A stretch of 48,530 bases of DNA from positions 1-48,530 of the forward strand of contig JBGUGE010000038.1 in the NCBI GenBank assembly GCA_045111335.1. The letters run 5' to 3'. Source of the stretch: Alphaproteobacteria bacterium. GTDB lineage: Bacteria; Pseudomonadota; Alphaproteobacteria; RF32; CAG-239. The notes under the pieces are model-generated. The model ran no database searches. It saw nothing but the letters and a program-made list of their open reading frames with translations, and was not told the DNA's origin. Shown piece by piece: positions 26,121 to 35,526 of this stretch; the first letter of the stretch is position 1, and every line of letters begins with the position of its first letter. The position numbers and the translations under genes are program-made.

Positions 26121-27806
26121 ATGTACACGTCAATAAAAATAAATAATTACAAGTGCTTTGCTACTGATAGTGAACCACAAGGGTTTGATATAATAAAACC
26201 GATAAATGTTATTATTGGTAAAAATAACAGTGGAAAATCAAAACTTTTGGAAGCTTTGGGAAAAATTGTAACAAAAAAACCTGAAGAATTACCTTTTAAT
26301 GGAATTTTTATAAGACTTTTACTGCAAGATGAAGTCGCTAGTATTTTTCCAACTAATCTTCCTGTTCAGCCTTTTTCGTTTCGGTGGTCTAGCTCCTCAA
26401 ATGCGTGGAACGATATCGGGCAATATTTTGTTAATGTACCTGCCGTGTTCATTTTGAAAAATAAGACGTATACCTTTGATCGCGCTTATCCCAGATATCA
26501 GGATTCAAACTGGAAAAATGATGCTATCGTAAAAAGACTTGAAAGCACGGTAAATTTTAATCCGTTTACTGGTTATCGTTTTCTGCACCTTCAAGCAGAA
26601 AGGGATATTAATAAAGAGCAAATTGATTATACGGTAGATATTTCCAAATATTATATTAAATCTAACTCAGAAGGAATTTGTGGTCTTATTGCACGCATGT
26701 TAAATGATGAAAGTGGAAACAATGATCATTGGCAAGAATACATAGAAAAAGAATTTCTTAATTTGATTAATTTGGTTGTAAATCCTGAAGTAAATTTTAC
26801 AAGAATCTATACTAAAATATCTCAAAATAATTATCACGAGATTTATTTAGAGGAAAAGAATAAGGGGGGAATAAAATTATCTGACTGTGGAAGTGGCTTA
26901 AAAACGATTATCTCGACACTTACTCTTTTACATATCATACCTCACTTAACTGGAAAATATAAAAATGTTTTTGCCTTAGAAGAACTAGAGAACAACCTTC
27001 ATCCAAGTTTAGAAAGAAAACTTCTAAAGCATATTAGAGAATATTCAGAAAAATATCCTGAGGCACTTATATTTTTAACAACGCACTCTAATGTTGCCTT
27101 AGATATGTTTGGGAAAGACTATCGTTCACAAATTGTACGTGTATGTAACGACGGTCAAAAATCAATCGTAGAAACAGTTATTTCTGATGACGATAAGCAA
27201 TTGCTGTTAGATGATTTAGGTGTGAAAGCAAGTGATTTATTACAGGCAAATAGTTTGATTTGGGTTGAGGGACCTTCTGATAGAATTTATATAAAAAAAT
27301 GGTTGGATTTGTTTTCAGAAGGGAAACTAGAGGAAGGTTTACAATACCAGTTTATTTGTTATGGAGGAGCTTTATTATCTAACTATACAGCCGGAGGCAA
27401 TAAAGATTTAATGGATCTTTTGAAAGTAAACAGACATTCTTATATTGTAATGGATAGTGATAAAAATAGCAATGAAGCAAAATTAAAGGAACGTGTTAAA
27501 AGAATTTCTAAAGAGTTGCCTGATAGTCACTGGATTACAGCTGGCAAAGAAATTGAAAATTATTTGCCGACGGAAGCATTAACAGAATACTTTGGTAAAA
27601 CAATAAATATAAAGAAAAATGCTTCATTCTCTAATTTATACAAGAAGGTAAAAAATGTTAAAACTTTTGATAAGGTGTCTTTTGCCTCTGAGATTACAAA
27701 AAATAAAAATTATACAAAAGATAATTTGTGTAAATGCTTAGATTTAGAGCAAAAAATCAAGGAACTAATGGCATTCATCGAAAAAAGCAATACTTCAAAA
27801 TGTTAA
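26121..27806 (+). CDS. OLD-like ABC ATPase + TOPRIM nuclease
   Basis: GKNNSGKS, CGSGLK, LEELENNLHP, TTHS; TOPRIM WVEGPSD, MDSD, EIENY. Confidence 0.88.
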   Translation: MYTSIKINNYKCFATDSEPQGFDIIKPINVIIGKNNSGKSKLLEALGKIVTKKPEELPFNGIFIRLLLQDEVASIFPTNLPVQPFSFRWSSSSNAWNDIGQYFVNVPAVFILKNKTYTFDRAYPRYQDSNWKNDAIVKRLESTVNFNPFTGYRFLHLQAERDINKEQIDYTVDISKYYIKSNSEGICGLIARMLNDESGNNDHWQEYIEKEFLNLINLVVNPEVNFTRIYTKISQNNYHEIYLEEKNKGGIKLSDCGSGLKTIISTLTLLHIIPHLTGKYKNVFALEELENNLHPSLERKLLKHIREYSEKYPEALIFLTTHSNVALDMFGKDYRSQIVRVCNDGQKSIVETVISDDDKQLLLDDLGVKASDLLQANSLIWVEGPSDRIYIKKWLDLFSEGKLEEGLQYQFICYGGALLSNYTAGGNKDLMDLLKVNRHSYIVMDSDKNSNEAKLKERVKRISKELPDSHWITAGKEIENYLPTEALTEYFGKTINIKKNASFSNLYKKVKNVKTFDKVSFASEITKNKNYTKDNLCKCLDLEQKIKELMAFIEKSNTSKC

Positions 27807-27847
27807 AGAGGCAAATTTATATTTAAATTGCTTAGGGGACTAATAAA

Positions 27848-28690
27848 ATGAAACAACAAATTAACGGAAACGATATTCTATACTACTTTTTAAAATCAAT
27901 GTTAGATGTGGAAAAAGAATTAGCACATGATTTTATTAGAAAGGCAATTATTAATTTAGGAATATGGATGTCACCTGAATATTATAAGCATTTGCCCGTT
28001 TTTTCTCCATTTGTAATACGGGATCTCAAATGTCGTGGAAATAAGTTAAAAAAAATACCAGAACGCTGGGGAGAACCAACTGAGAAAGGCTATTTTAAGG
28101 ATGACAATTCTATTATTAAGGGTTATGTTCGCTCATTTACGATACGCTCTCCTTTTTCATCTTATAATGGTTGCAAAATTGGAAATGCTTATGTTGCTTC
28201 GCACGTGTGGAGACAGCCAATTGGCTTTTCAACAAATGAAGATTTAGCATCAAAAAATCCATGGTTAAATTCATTTATCCCTAATTTGGTTTGGTTACCT
28301 CAACAATTATCCAAATTAAGTGATCGTGAAGGAGGGTATGTACAAACATTTATCCAAAAAGTTTCCTACCAGATATATCATGATATTACAACTGATTCTC
28401 CAGCATTCACAGACTCATTATGGAGTAAATTACCGGTGGAAGATATATCTGATGCAGAAAAAATTGCATTGTCTGATATCTCGTTTTTTAACTACGATGC
28501 AAAAGCGCTTGAAAGGCGAAAATCAGTGATTAATAATGTTATTAACGCATTACAAGAAAGAATATCTGGAAGAGATATTGAAATTAAAGTTGTTTCCGAC
28601 AGATACACTAGTGGTTTGAATTCTTTATCATGCACCAATTTAGTAGATCTTAAAAATGACCTAGAAGACTATATTAAGCAATTATCTTAA
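27848..28690 (+). CDS. Hypothetical protein, possible HNH-like nuclease
   Basis: ASHVW...NSFIPNLVWLP..LSKLSD pattern; 41 bp after the ATPase gene. Confidence 0.6.
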   Translation: MKQQINGNDILYYFLKSMLDVEKELAHDFIRKAIINLGIWMSPEYYKHLPVFSPFVIRDLKCRGNKLKKIPERWGEPTEKGYFKDDNSIIKGYVRSFTIRSPFSSYNGCKIGNAYVASHVWRQPIGFSTNEDLASKNPWLNSFIPNLVWLPQQLSKLSDREGGYVQTFIQKVSYQIYHDITTDSPAFTDSLWSKLPVEDISDAEKIALSDISFFNYDAKALERRKSVINNVINALQERISGRDIEIKVVSDRYTSGLNSLSCTNLVDLKNDLEDYIKQLS

Positions 28691-30244
28691 ATCGGCCAAT
28701 TTTATTTGACGATTTACACTAAATATCTCCCGTAATTCTTTGTGCGAAAAACTATTTTCTTGGTGCTTTTCAATTAATTTAATCATATTACTTACGGTTA
28801 TTCCGGAACCAGGAACTGATGTTTCGTCAACTTCTGATTGTATTTGTTTATCTATTGTATCAATAAAACCACCCGCTATATATGTAAAGAATCCTATCGG
28901 ATATTCACAATTACTATAGTTAGATATATTCTCTATGTAATTATGTACCATTCTGTTGTGATGATCACCAGAGATAGAGTATTTACTATACGCTTTATTA
29001 TCAATTATAGCTTGATAGCCATCGTTATCAGAAATAAGTAGCACGTCAGGTGTTGATTTTCTCCCTGTCTGTCCAAGATGTTGGGCGTTGTAACCAAAAA
29101 TATCCTTAAAAATATTCGTTGTTGCTATTTCAAAATCTATTGCATCATCTCTACCTTTAAATGCCATTTCATAATAGCCGGATAGAAAACCTCCTATCGC
29201 CCCATGTGGGTATTCTCGGTAAAGAACATTTTCAACTAAAGATGAAGCCGTGCCTGTATTTTGAGCTATTTTTTCAATAATATTAGCATCAATTTTTGAT
29301 ATAGGTTCATGGATTGAATATGCAATAAATGCCTGTCTAATGCGTTGCATTTCAATTGAACGACTAGAAATGGTTGATGTATTTAAAAGATTTCTCGTAT
29401 CTTTTTGATGCCATGGGTCTAAACCATATCTTCTTTGAAAAAATTCGTGGTCATCTGGGCGGGTAATAAAAGATGGAGAATGTGCCAATATAAATTTAAC
29501 TTCATCCAATTTTTCAGGGGACAATATTATTTTACCATCTTCCCTATAAATTAACTGAATGTATTCTAACCAGTTTACTATCGTATTAGCTGTATCTAAT
29601 AAATGGCTGTATGGGTGGCTTAAATTAACAATTCCTGTTGACGGAGCATGGGTATCAATAAAATCACTAGGTAATGAACTATCTCCATCATTTCTAAAAG
29701 CTATAATCTTTCCAATAACATCTTCCAAGCAAGCATTCGAATCATCAACACCTTCTGTCATTACAACTTTAGCAATTTCTTCCTCTGTCAAATAACTAAT
29801 ATTCTCATCAATAAGAAGGCGCAATAAAAAAATGAAGGGATGTATATGGAATTTAGGTGATACCTTTGTTTTTATTCCGAATGGAGAAGGAAACTGATAT
29901 TTTAATACTTGATTTTTGAGAATTGCGACCGGAGACTTTCCCTCCATAATAGCTTCTCCCGCCAAAGTTAAATACGGAATACCAGTCGCTTCTTGAATAA
30001 ATATTAGACCTAGGCTTGATAACCATGCTTGATAGGTTCTCCCTCCGGAACCGGAATGATCTCTTCTCTCTCCAATTCTTTTTAAACCACATCTTTCAAG
30101 TTCATCTTCAAATTGAATGTGAACCGATCTACTACCTGTCCATTGTGCAGATAGAGCGACATTAGAAAAAGCGGCCAATACTTCTGGAATACTGTTTAAC
30201 TTTCTTTTGGGACGAGTTACCCACCAATAATTTAAAATAGCCAT
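28682..30244 (-). CDS. Type IIS-like restriction endonuclease (AlwI-family N-terminus, FokI-like cleavage domain)
   Basis: LTLAGE...LKYQFPSP...IHPFIFLLRLL; C-terminal TPDVLL...IIDNKAYS (PD-DxK); co-oriented with the MTase. Confidence 0.8.
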   Translation of the reverse strand: MAILNYWWVTRPKRKLNSIPEVLAAFSNVALSAQWTGSRSVHIQFEDELERCGLKRIGERRDHSGSGGRTYQAWLSSLGLIFIQEATGIPYLTLAGEAIMEGKSPVAILKNQVLKYQFPSPFGIKTKVSPKFHIHPFIFLLRLLIDENISYLTEEEIAKVVMTEGVDDSNACLEDVIGKIIAFRNDGDSSLPSDFIDTHAPSTGIVNLSHPYSHLLDTANTIVNWLEYIQLIYREDGKIILSPEKLDEVKFILAHSPSFITRPDDHEFFQRRYGLDPWHQKDTRNLLNTSTISSRSIEMQRIRQAFIAYSIHEPISKIDANIIEKIAQNTGTASSLVENVLYREYPHGAIGGFLSGYYEMAFKGRDDAIDFEIATTNIFKDIFGYNAQHLGQTGRKSTPDVLLISDNDGYQAIIDNKAYSKYSISGDHHNRMVHNYIENISNYSNCEYPIGFFTYIAGGFIDTIDKQIQSEVDETSVPGSGITVSNMIKLIEKHQENSFSHKELREIFSVNRQIKLADLR

Positions 30245-30250
30245 TATACA

Positions 30251-31294
30251 TTACTCCTTAATGCTTGCCTCTGTGGATTCATAAGGAATTTCGGCAAAAG
30301 TTTTTAATATTGCTTCAAATATAATTTTTGCACCCTCTGCAGGAACAGCCATACCTATTTGTTTCCTTACAGATTCTTTACTACCCTTAAATACAAATTC
30401 ATCAGGAAAAGTTTGCAACCTAGCTCTTTCTCTGTTGGTCAATGCTCTATTTTCCTTCCAATGATATACATGGGTACCACCACCACCAGATCCGGTAATG
30501 GTATAAGCCGGCTTATTCGGATCCAACCTTTTATATATTTGGCTTATTTTAGCTCCTTTTACCTTTAATTGTAGCTCATCCGGTAATGTTGCCGTAAATG
30601 CATTTTGCCCCGGCTTTATATATTTTAACCTCTCTATTACTTGTGCAGATTGTTTTGTCTGCTCATTGTTATAAGCATTTTCTGGAATAGGTGGATTTTC
30701 AATAGCTTCTCTGCATGTTTTCATTGTATATAGCTTTGGAGACGGAACCTTAAATTCGTATGGCAGGTCTTTTCTAATGCCTATTATTATCATTCGATGC
30801 CTTGCTTGAGGAATTCCGTAATCTTCAAAATGGTATAGGTTTGGATAAATTTTATATCCTGCTTCAATCATATCTTGTTGAATTCGCTTGAAAGCAGAAC
30901 CGTCATTGGCAGATTTAATGCCACCAACATTTTCAGCCAAAAACCAACGAGGCTGATATTTTTTTAATACATAAATTCCGTAAGAATAAAGCGGACCATA
31001 TTTTCCTTTAAATCCGAGTTGCTCTCCGACCACAGAAAAGTCATTACACGGGAAACCAAATGCTAATGCATCTATAGGTCCTAATTTATCAATATCAAGC
31101 GTATGAACGTCCTCACAATATACAGTTTGTGGATCATTTGGACATATATTGTATGTATAGGTATCGCATGTATCTTTATCATAATCGTTAGCCCACGCAT
31201 GGACTATTCGCATTCCAGGAACGGTGGCATGCATTGCTCCCCATGCCAATCCTCCGGGACCGCAAAATAATTCTCCAAGCTTAAACTTTTCCAT
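30251..31294 (-). CDS. DNA (cytosine-5) methyltransferase
   Basis: LFCGPGG, GFPCNDFS, AENVGG, QARHR, RERARLQTFPD, QIGMAVP; start moved to ATG 31294. Confidence 0.95.
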   Translation of the reverse strand: MEKFKLGELFCGPGGLAWGAMHATVPGMRIVHAWANDYDKDTCDTYTYNICPNDPQTVYCEDVHTLDIDKLGPIDALAFGFPCNDFSVVGEQLGFKGKYGPLYSYGIYVLKKYQPRWFLAENVGGIKSANDGSAFKRIQQDMIEAGYKIYPNLYHFEDYGIPQARHRMIIIGIRKDLPYEFKVPSPKLYTMKTCREAIENPPIPENAYNNEQTKQSAQVIERLKYIKPGQNAFTATLPDELQLKVKGAKISQIYKRLDPNKPAYTITGSGGGGTHVYHWKENRALTNRERARLQTFPDEFVFKGSKESVRKQIGMAVPAEGAKIIFEAILKTFAEIPYESTEASIKE

Positions 31295-31387
31295 GATATA
31301 CCTCTTTCCTCTTTGTCTCAAAGTATAAAATGAAAATATAAAGAATCAATAAAATTATTATTTATATTAATGGTAAATTTGTTTATT

Positions 31388-31456
31388 CGTGACTTTTCCG
31401 TTCGGCAAATTGTGACTTTTTCGTTCGGTAATTTGTGACTTTTTTGTTTGGCAAAT
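31388..31456 (+). repeat. Three tandem 23-bp repeats
   Basis: CGTGACTTTTCCGTTCGGCAAAT / TGTGACTTTTTCGTTCGGTAATT / TGTGACTTTTTTGTTTGGCAAAT. Confidence 0.9.
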
Positions 31457-31607
31457 TGTAAAAAAAATATCTTAAAGATAGAAATAAATAATATTTTCCC
31501 TGGTTACAATATTTGCGAATTTGACATGTTGAAATTTTTATCGTATTCTATCACCGGAAGGGACGATGTGGGTACATCGTTTCAATTAACCTACAAACAG
31601 TAAGGAG

Positions 31608-31793
31608 GTGATTAAATTGTTGGAAGCGTTAAATATGCTGACTTGGGTATCAAGGGGTAACACTATCTATAGCTATACTCAGGCTCGCAATTTAAATGAT
31701 GTGATTAACATTACTATCCAATGTGCTATCACGGAATGCTTGTTGAATCAGGCAAAGAATAATATTGTTCGCAATCAATACCTTCTCCGGTAA
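31608..31793 (+). CDS. Small hypothetical protein
   Basis: Strong RBS TAAGGAGGTGA before TTG 31617; terminator at 31841-31873. Confidence 0.4.
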   Translation: MIKLLEALNMLTWVSRGNTIYSYTQARNLNDVINITIQCAITECLLNQAKNNIVRNQYLLR

Positions 31794-31912
31794 AGGTTGC
31801 TTGAAAGGAGCTCGTTATGTTTAATAAGCATAACAGATATAGAGTGGAAAGGTAAAACTGACCACTCTTTTTTATGCCTTAAGTATATTTATTTACTAGA
31901 TTTTTTACTAGG

Positions 31913-32084
31913 GTGACCAGCCAGAAGTGACCAGTGACCAGCCAGAATTTTTCACAATCACTCAGAAGCCTTATGGAATAAGGGTTTCCGCAAAGGGGTG
32001 ACCAGTAAACAAAAACCTGTTTCACTAGAAAAATGGCGCGGCTTGCGGCCCCGCATACAAAAATCGCCAGGAAGGACCCGTTAA
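31913..32084 (-). other. Lambda-like cos packaging site (cosQ-cosN plus repeats)
   Basis: Minus strand TTAACGGGTCCTTCCTGGCGATTTTTGTATGCGGGGCCGCAAGCCGCGCC versus lambda TTTACGGGTCCTTTCCGGTGATCCGACAGGTTACGGGGCGGCGACCTCGCGG; followed by four CTGGTCAC repeats (31913, 31927, 31934, 31998). Confidence 0.7.
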
Positions 32085-32191
32085 ATTTTCTGCCGGCGAT
32101 GAATATGTTGTATCAAAAGTTTTTTCTTTTTGACATCTCGCATTTTGCGGTGATAATTAAAGCAATTGTTATTTTTTAAAGGAGATAAAAA

Positions 32192-32536
32192 ATGCCGTAC
32201 ATTGAAGCAAAAATGAGTATTAAACTGGACGCAAGTCAGAAAGAGGACTTGCAAAAGAAGCTGACCGGTGCCGTTTCCGCCGCGTTTGGCAAGCCGAAAG
32301 CCTATATTATGGCCAATATTGAGGATGATAAATCGCTGTACATGGCTGAACGGAAGCTCGAAAAAGGTGCTTATATCGCCATCCGACTGTTGGGATCGGC
32401 ATCAAAATCGGCGTGTCAGGGGCTAACCGGCGAGATTTGTGACATTTTGCAAAGCGACTACGGAATTCCGGGCGCAAATGTTTATGTAACTTATCATCCG
32501 GCCGACCTCTGGGGTTGGAACGGAAGTATGTTCTAG
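32192..32536 (+). CDS. MIF/phenylpyruvate tautomerase-related protein
   Basis: N-terminal MP (catalytic Pro1), GKPKAYIM, C-terminal WGWNGSMF. Confidence 0.88.
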   Translation: MPYIEAKMSIKLDASQKEDLQKKLTGAVSAAFGKPKAYIMANIEDDKSLYMAERKLEKGAYIAIRLLGSASKSACQGLTGEICDILQSDYGIPGANVYVTYHPADLWGWNGSMF

Positions 32537-32553
32537 GCACAGTTTATAACCGG

Positions 32554-32584
32554 AAAAGGCGGTGGGGGAATACCACCGCCTTTT
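32554..32584. terminator. Bidirectional terminator
   Basis: AAAAGGCGGTGG-N7-CCACCGCCTTTT between convergent genes. Confidence 0.85.
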
Positions 32585-32594
32585 GTGTTACCGG

Positions 32595-33371
32595 TTAAAT
32601 ATATATGCCTTGATCAACCAATCGGTGTAAGGCAAAATGCCAACCGCCCAGTTTTTTGCCTTTCTGGTTACACCAATCGGTTCGCTCGTAGTGCTCAAAG
32701 AAATGATCCAGGTCAATATCCATATTGTTATTTTTAACATACAATTCCACTTCCGATCGATCCGGAGGGAATTGTTTAAAGTGGTATTTTAGTGGCGGAG
32801 GTTCCATTTGCCGAGCAAAAATAGCCCCTAAGCTCACAAAACCACCATTGTCCGGATCCGAAAAATTTCGCCTGCGCGTATAATTTTCTTTCCTTTTAAA
32901 ATTATTCCCTGGTTTATTTTCTTTAGTCGTGAGCGCCTGCAGTTCGGGTTCCGGGCTTATGTCGGGCTCAGGTCGGGCGTTGTCCTTATGACGACGCGTT
33001 CGAAACCGCTGATATTTCAAATAGTTAGACATTGAAATAAGTAGGGCGTTACCGAGGCGCATCGTCTTCACTTCGCCGATATTTTTCAGTTTAGTCAGCA
33101 AGCGCTTGACCTCGTCGCGTGATTTGTGCAAATCTTCGCCTATATGCGCGTAACTGGTGACGTATTCGCCGGGGTTAATCGTGCGTGTACCCCAAAAGCG
33201 CGTTTTATAATTGGCACGCATTAGCAGATAGATCATCATTTTCAGCGCCGCATCATCGTGAAACAGCGGCCAATTCACAAATTCCCGATCAATAGTAATA
33301 AAGCCATACTCAGACGGGATTGTATCCGGAAACGCCAAGCGTCCAGATTTATTCTGGTTTTCTGTTGTCAT
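32595..33371 (-). CDS. Phage-type replication initiator (wHTH N-terminus)
   Basis: GFITIDR...W...IYLLMRAN...GEYVTS...LLTKLKNIGEV; C-terminal FPPDRSEVELY...FFEHYERTDW...W. Confidence 0.75.
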   Translation of the reverse strand: MTTENQNKSGRLAFPDTIPSEYGFITIDREFVNWPLFHDDAALKMMIYLLMRANYKTRFWGTRTINPGEYVTSYAHIGEDLHKSRDEVKRLLTKLKNIGEVKTMRLGNALLISMSNYLKYQRFRTRRHKDNARPEPDISPEPELQALTTKENKPGNNFKRKENYTRRRNFSDPDNGGFVSLGAIFARQMEPPPLKYHFKQFPPDRSEVELYVKNNNMDIDLDHFFEHYERTDWCNQKGKKLGGWHFALHRLVDQGIYI

Positions 33372-33389
33372 TGAAATTTCTCTTATTGT

Positions 33390-35105
33390 TTATTCTTGGC
33401 GAAAGCCGAACATTTTGCGCTGTTCGTTCCAATCCACCGGAATTGTGTTGCGAATCAGGTCTTTAAGTGTTAAATCACGCGGTTGTAGACCGGCCAGAAT
33501 ACTCTCGACGATATCCGGCGCCAGGCAGGTCAGGCGAATGATTTTGCCCATATAACTGCGGTCCATCTGCTCGAGTTGTGCCAGTTCCTGAATATTTAAA
33601 TTGCCGCGTTCCAATTTATGTTGCCAGCCGAACGCCCGCACCAGGGCCACAATCATCTGCTTATCCTGATGCCGTTCTTCCGCCTCATTGCCGACATAAA
33701 TCTCGGTTTGTTGCCGGCGCTTCAAAAACGTTATGTTTTCGGTGGTTTCATAAGCGGTGGTGTCCGGATTATAAATCCAGATTTTATCATCAAGCAGGCT
33801 CTTTTGCACCAGCTCGTTCAGCCAAGGCTTGAGCTGAATTTTGATTTTATCCGGCCAAATCGTTATCCGCGAAATTGCCAGATTAAACAGCTGTTGCCGA
33901 GTTTCCGCGCCCAAAGCATTAATAAATTTGTTGCCTTGCACCACCTTAATCACGTCATATTCGCTTTTATCCGGCACGCGCTTTGTAACTTCATTGGAGA
34001 GCGAGTGAACGACCAGAGGGTCGGTCAACAAATCTTTGAGCTTGTTTATAACGTAATTTTCGAGTGCCAGCGCCGGCACCGATTTCACTTCGCAAAAGCG
34101 GTAACTCTTTTTAATCGCCTTGAGGGAAGTATAGTAATAATACTCCCGGCCGCGTTTAACCGCCTTGGTCGGCACCATCGCATAGCCGCAACACCCGCAA
34201 AATAAAAGACCTTTAAGTGTTTTGAACTCAAAGGTCTTGTTGATTGGTCCTTTTTCGGAAACCGGTTTGTCTTTCAGTTTATGCACCTTATCCCATAGGG
34301 CTTGCGAGATAATCGCCTCATGCTGTCCGTCGTAGAGCTCACCCTTATAAAAGATTTTGCCCAAGTAGATCCGGTTATCCAAAATCCGGTACAAATGGGC
34401 GCGGTCAAACTGCTTGCCGCCGACAACTTTGCCTTTTTTGGTAACCTTGCTTTTGGTGCGATAACCGTTGGAATTGAGCCAATCTGCCAGATATTGCGGC
34501 GATTTGCACACGGTGTATTTTTCAAACAACAGCCGCACCAACGCCGCTTCTTTAGGGTTGATGACCAGCTTTTTATCCTGCAAATCATAGCCGAGCGGCA
34601 ACGGTCCGCCCATCCACATGCCTTTCTTTTTTGAGGCCGAGATTTTATCACGGATCCGCTCGCCGCTGACTTCGCGCTCAAATTGCGCAAACGACAGCAA
34701 CACGTTCAAGGTCAGCCGGCCCATCGAATCATAGGTGTTGAAGTTCTGCGTGACCGAAACAAACGACACGTTATATTCGTCGAATAACTCGACCATCTTG
34801 GAAAAATCGGTTAGCGAACGGGTTAATCGGTCGATTTTATAGACCACAATCATATCAACTTTGCCGGCCCGGATATCTTCAAACAAGCGCTTGAGTGCCG
34901 GTCGATTCATATTGCCGCCGGAATAACCGCCGTCATCATAATGTTCCGCCAGCGCTTCCCAGCCTTGATGCACCTGCGACTTAACATAATTCAGTCCGGC
35001 TTCGCGTTGCGCCTCCAAGGTGTTAAACTCTTTTTCCAGTCCTTCGTCCGTCGATTTGCGCGTATAAATGGCGCATTTGATACTCTTTATAATATCTTCG
35101 CTCAT
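33390..35105 (-). CDS. Large serine recombinase (integrase) with C-terminal HTH extension
   Basis: AIYTRKST, DDGGYSG..RPAL, YKIDRLTRS, FAQFERE; recombinase domain YLG..GQHEAII; LFCGCCG; LAPDIVESILAG. Confidence 0.95.
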   Translation of the reverse strand: MSEDIIKSIKCAIYTRKSTDEGLEKEFNTLEAQREAGLNYVKSQVHQGWEALAEHYDDGGYSGGNMNRPALKRLFEDIRAGKVDMIVVYKIDRLTRSLTDFSKMVELFDEYNVSFVSVTQNFNTYDSMGRLTLNVLLSFAQFEREVSGERIRDKISASKKKGMWMGGPLPLGYDLQDKKLVINPKEAALVRLLFEKYTVCKSPQYLADWLNSNGYRTKSKVTKKGKVVGGKQFDRAHLYRILDNRIYLGKIFYKGELYDGQHEAIISQALWDKVHKLKDKPVSEKGPINKTFEFKTLKGLLFCGCCGYAMVPTKAVKRGREYYYYTSLKAIKKSYRFCEVKSVPALALENYVINKLKDLLTDPLVVHSLSNEVTKRVPDKSEYDVIKVVQGNKFINALGAETRQQLFNLAISRITIWPDKIKIQLKPWLNELVQKSLLDDKIWIYNPDTTAYETTENITFLKRRQQTEIYVGNEAEERHQDKQMIVALVRAFGWQHKLERGNLNIQELAQLEQMDRSYMGKIIRLTCLAPDIVESILAGLQPRDLTLKDLIRNTIPVDWNEQRKMFGFRQE

Positions 35106-35106
35106 G

Positions 35107-35526
35107 TTAACCTCTCTTTTCCGATAGTCCGAAAAAACTGTAACCCGAACAATGGCGACCGGTAATCTCCCGTGCCACCGCCGTCAGAGTCTTATAAATT
35201 TTGCCGTTGTATTCAATTTGCGACGCACCTTTAATGCGCACGCGATGCTCCACACCGTTATGGATTTTTACCAAAATCGTGCCGACACTCGGCAAGCGCT
35301 CATCTTTGATAAAAATCGGATTTCGGTATTCTTTCGAATTAAACATTTTAACCAGCATATTTTTTGTTTCCGGTTTCAAACCGCCGTATTTCAATTCCTG
35401 TAGCCTGTATCCGATACGGGATACGAAAAAAGCCTTACTGTTTGAACAATAAGGCTTATCAAAGTAGTCCAACCACATTTTCTGTAAATCTTTTAACGGA
35501 TAGTCCTCTAAATTTTTCCAATTCAT
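35107..35526 (-). CDS. DUF2924 family protein
   Basis: YRLQELKYGGL...GTILVK.HNG.EHRV...YNGKIYKTLTAVAREITGRHCSGYSFFGL; usual upstream partner of these recombinases. Confidence 0.9.
   Translation of the reverse strand: MNWKNLEDYPLKDLQKMWLDYFDKPYCSNSKAFFVSRIGYRLQELKYGGLKPETKNMLVKMFNSKEYRNPIFIKDERLPSVGTILVKIHNGVEHRVRIKGASQIEYNGKIYKTLTAVAREITGRHCSGYSFFGLSEKRG

Noticed and set aside
26121-27806. Gabija or retron system
   Set aside because: No UvrD-like GajB or reverse transcriptase adjacent
31388-31456. Possible CRISPR array
   Set aside because: Repeats are contiguous without spacers; no cas genes in the window
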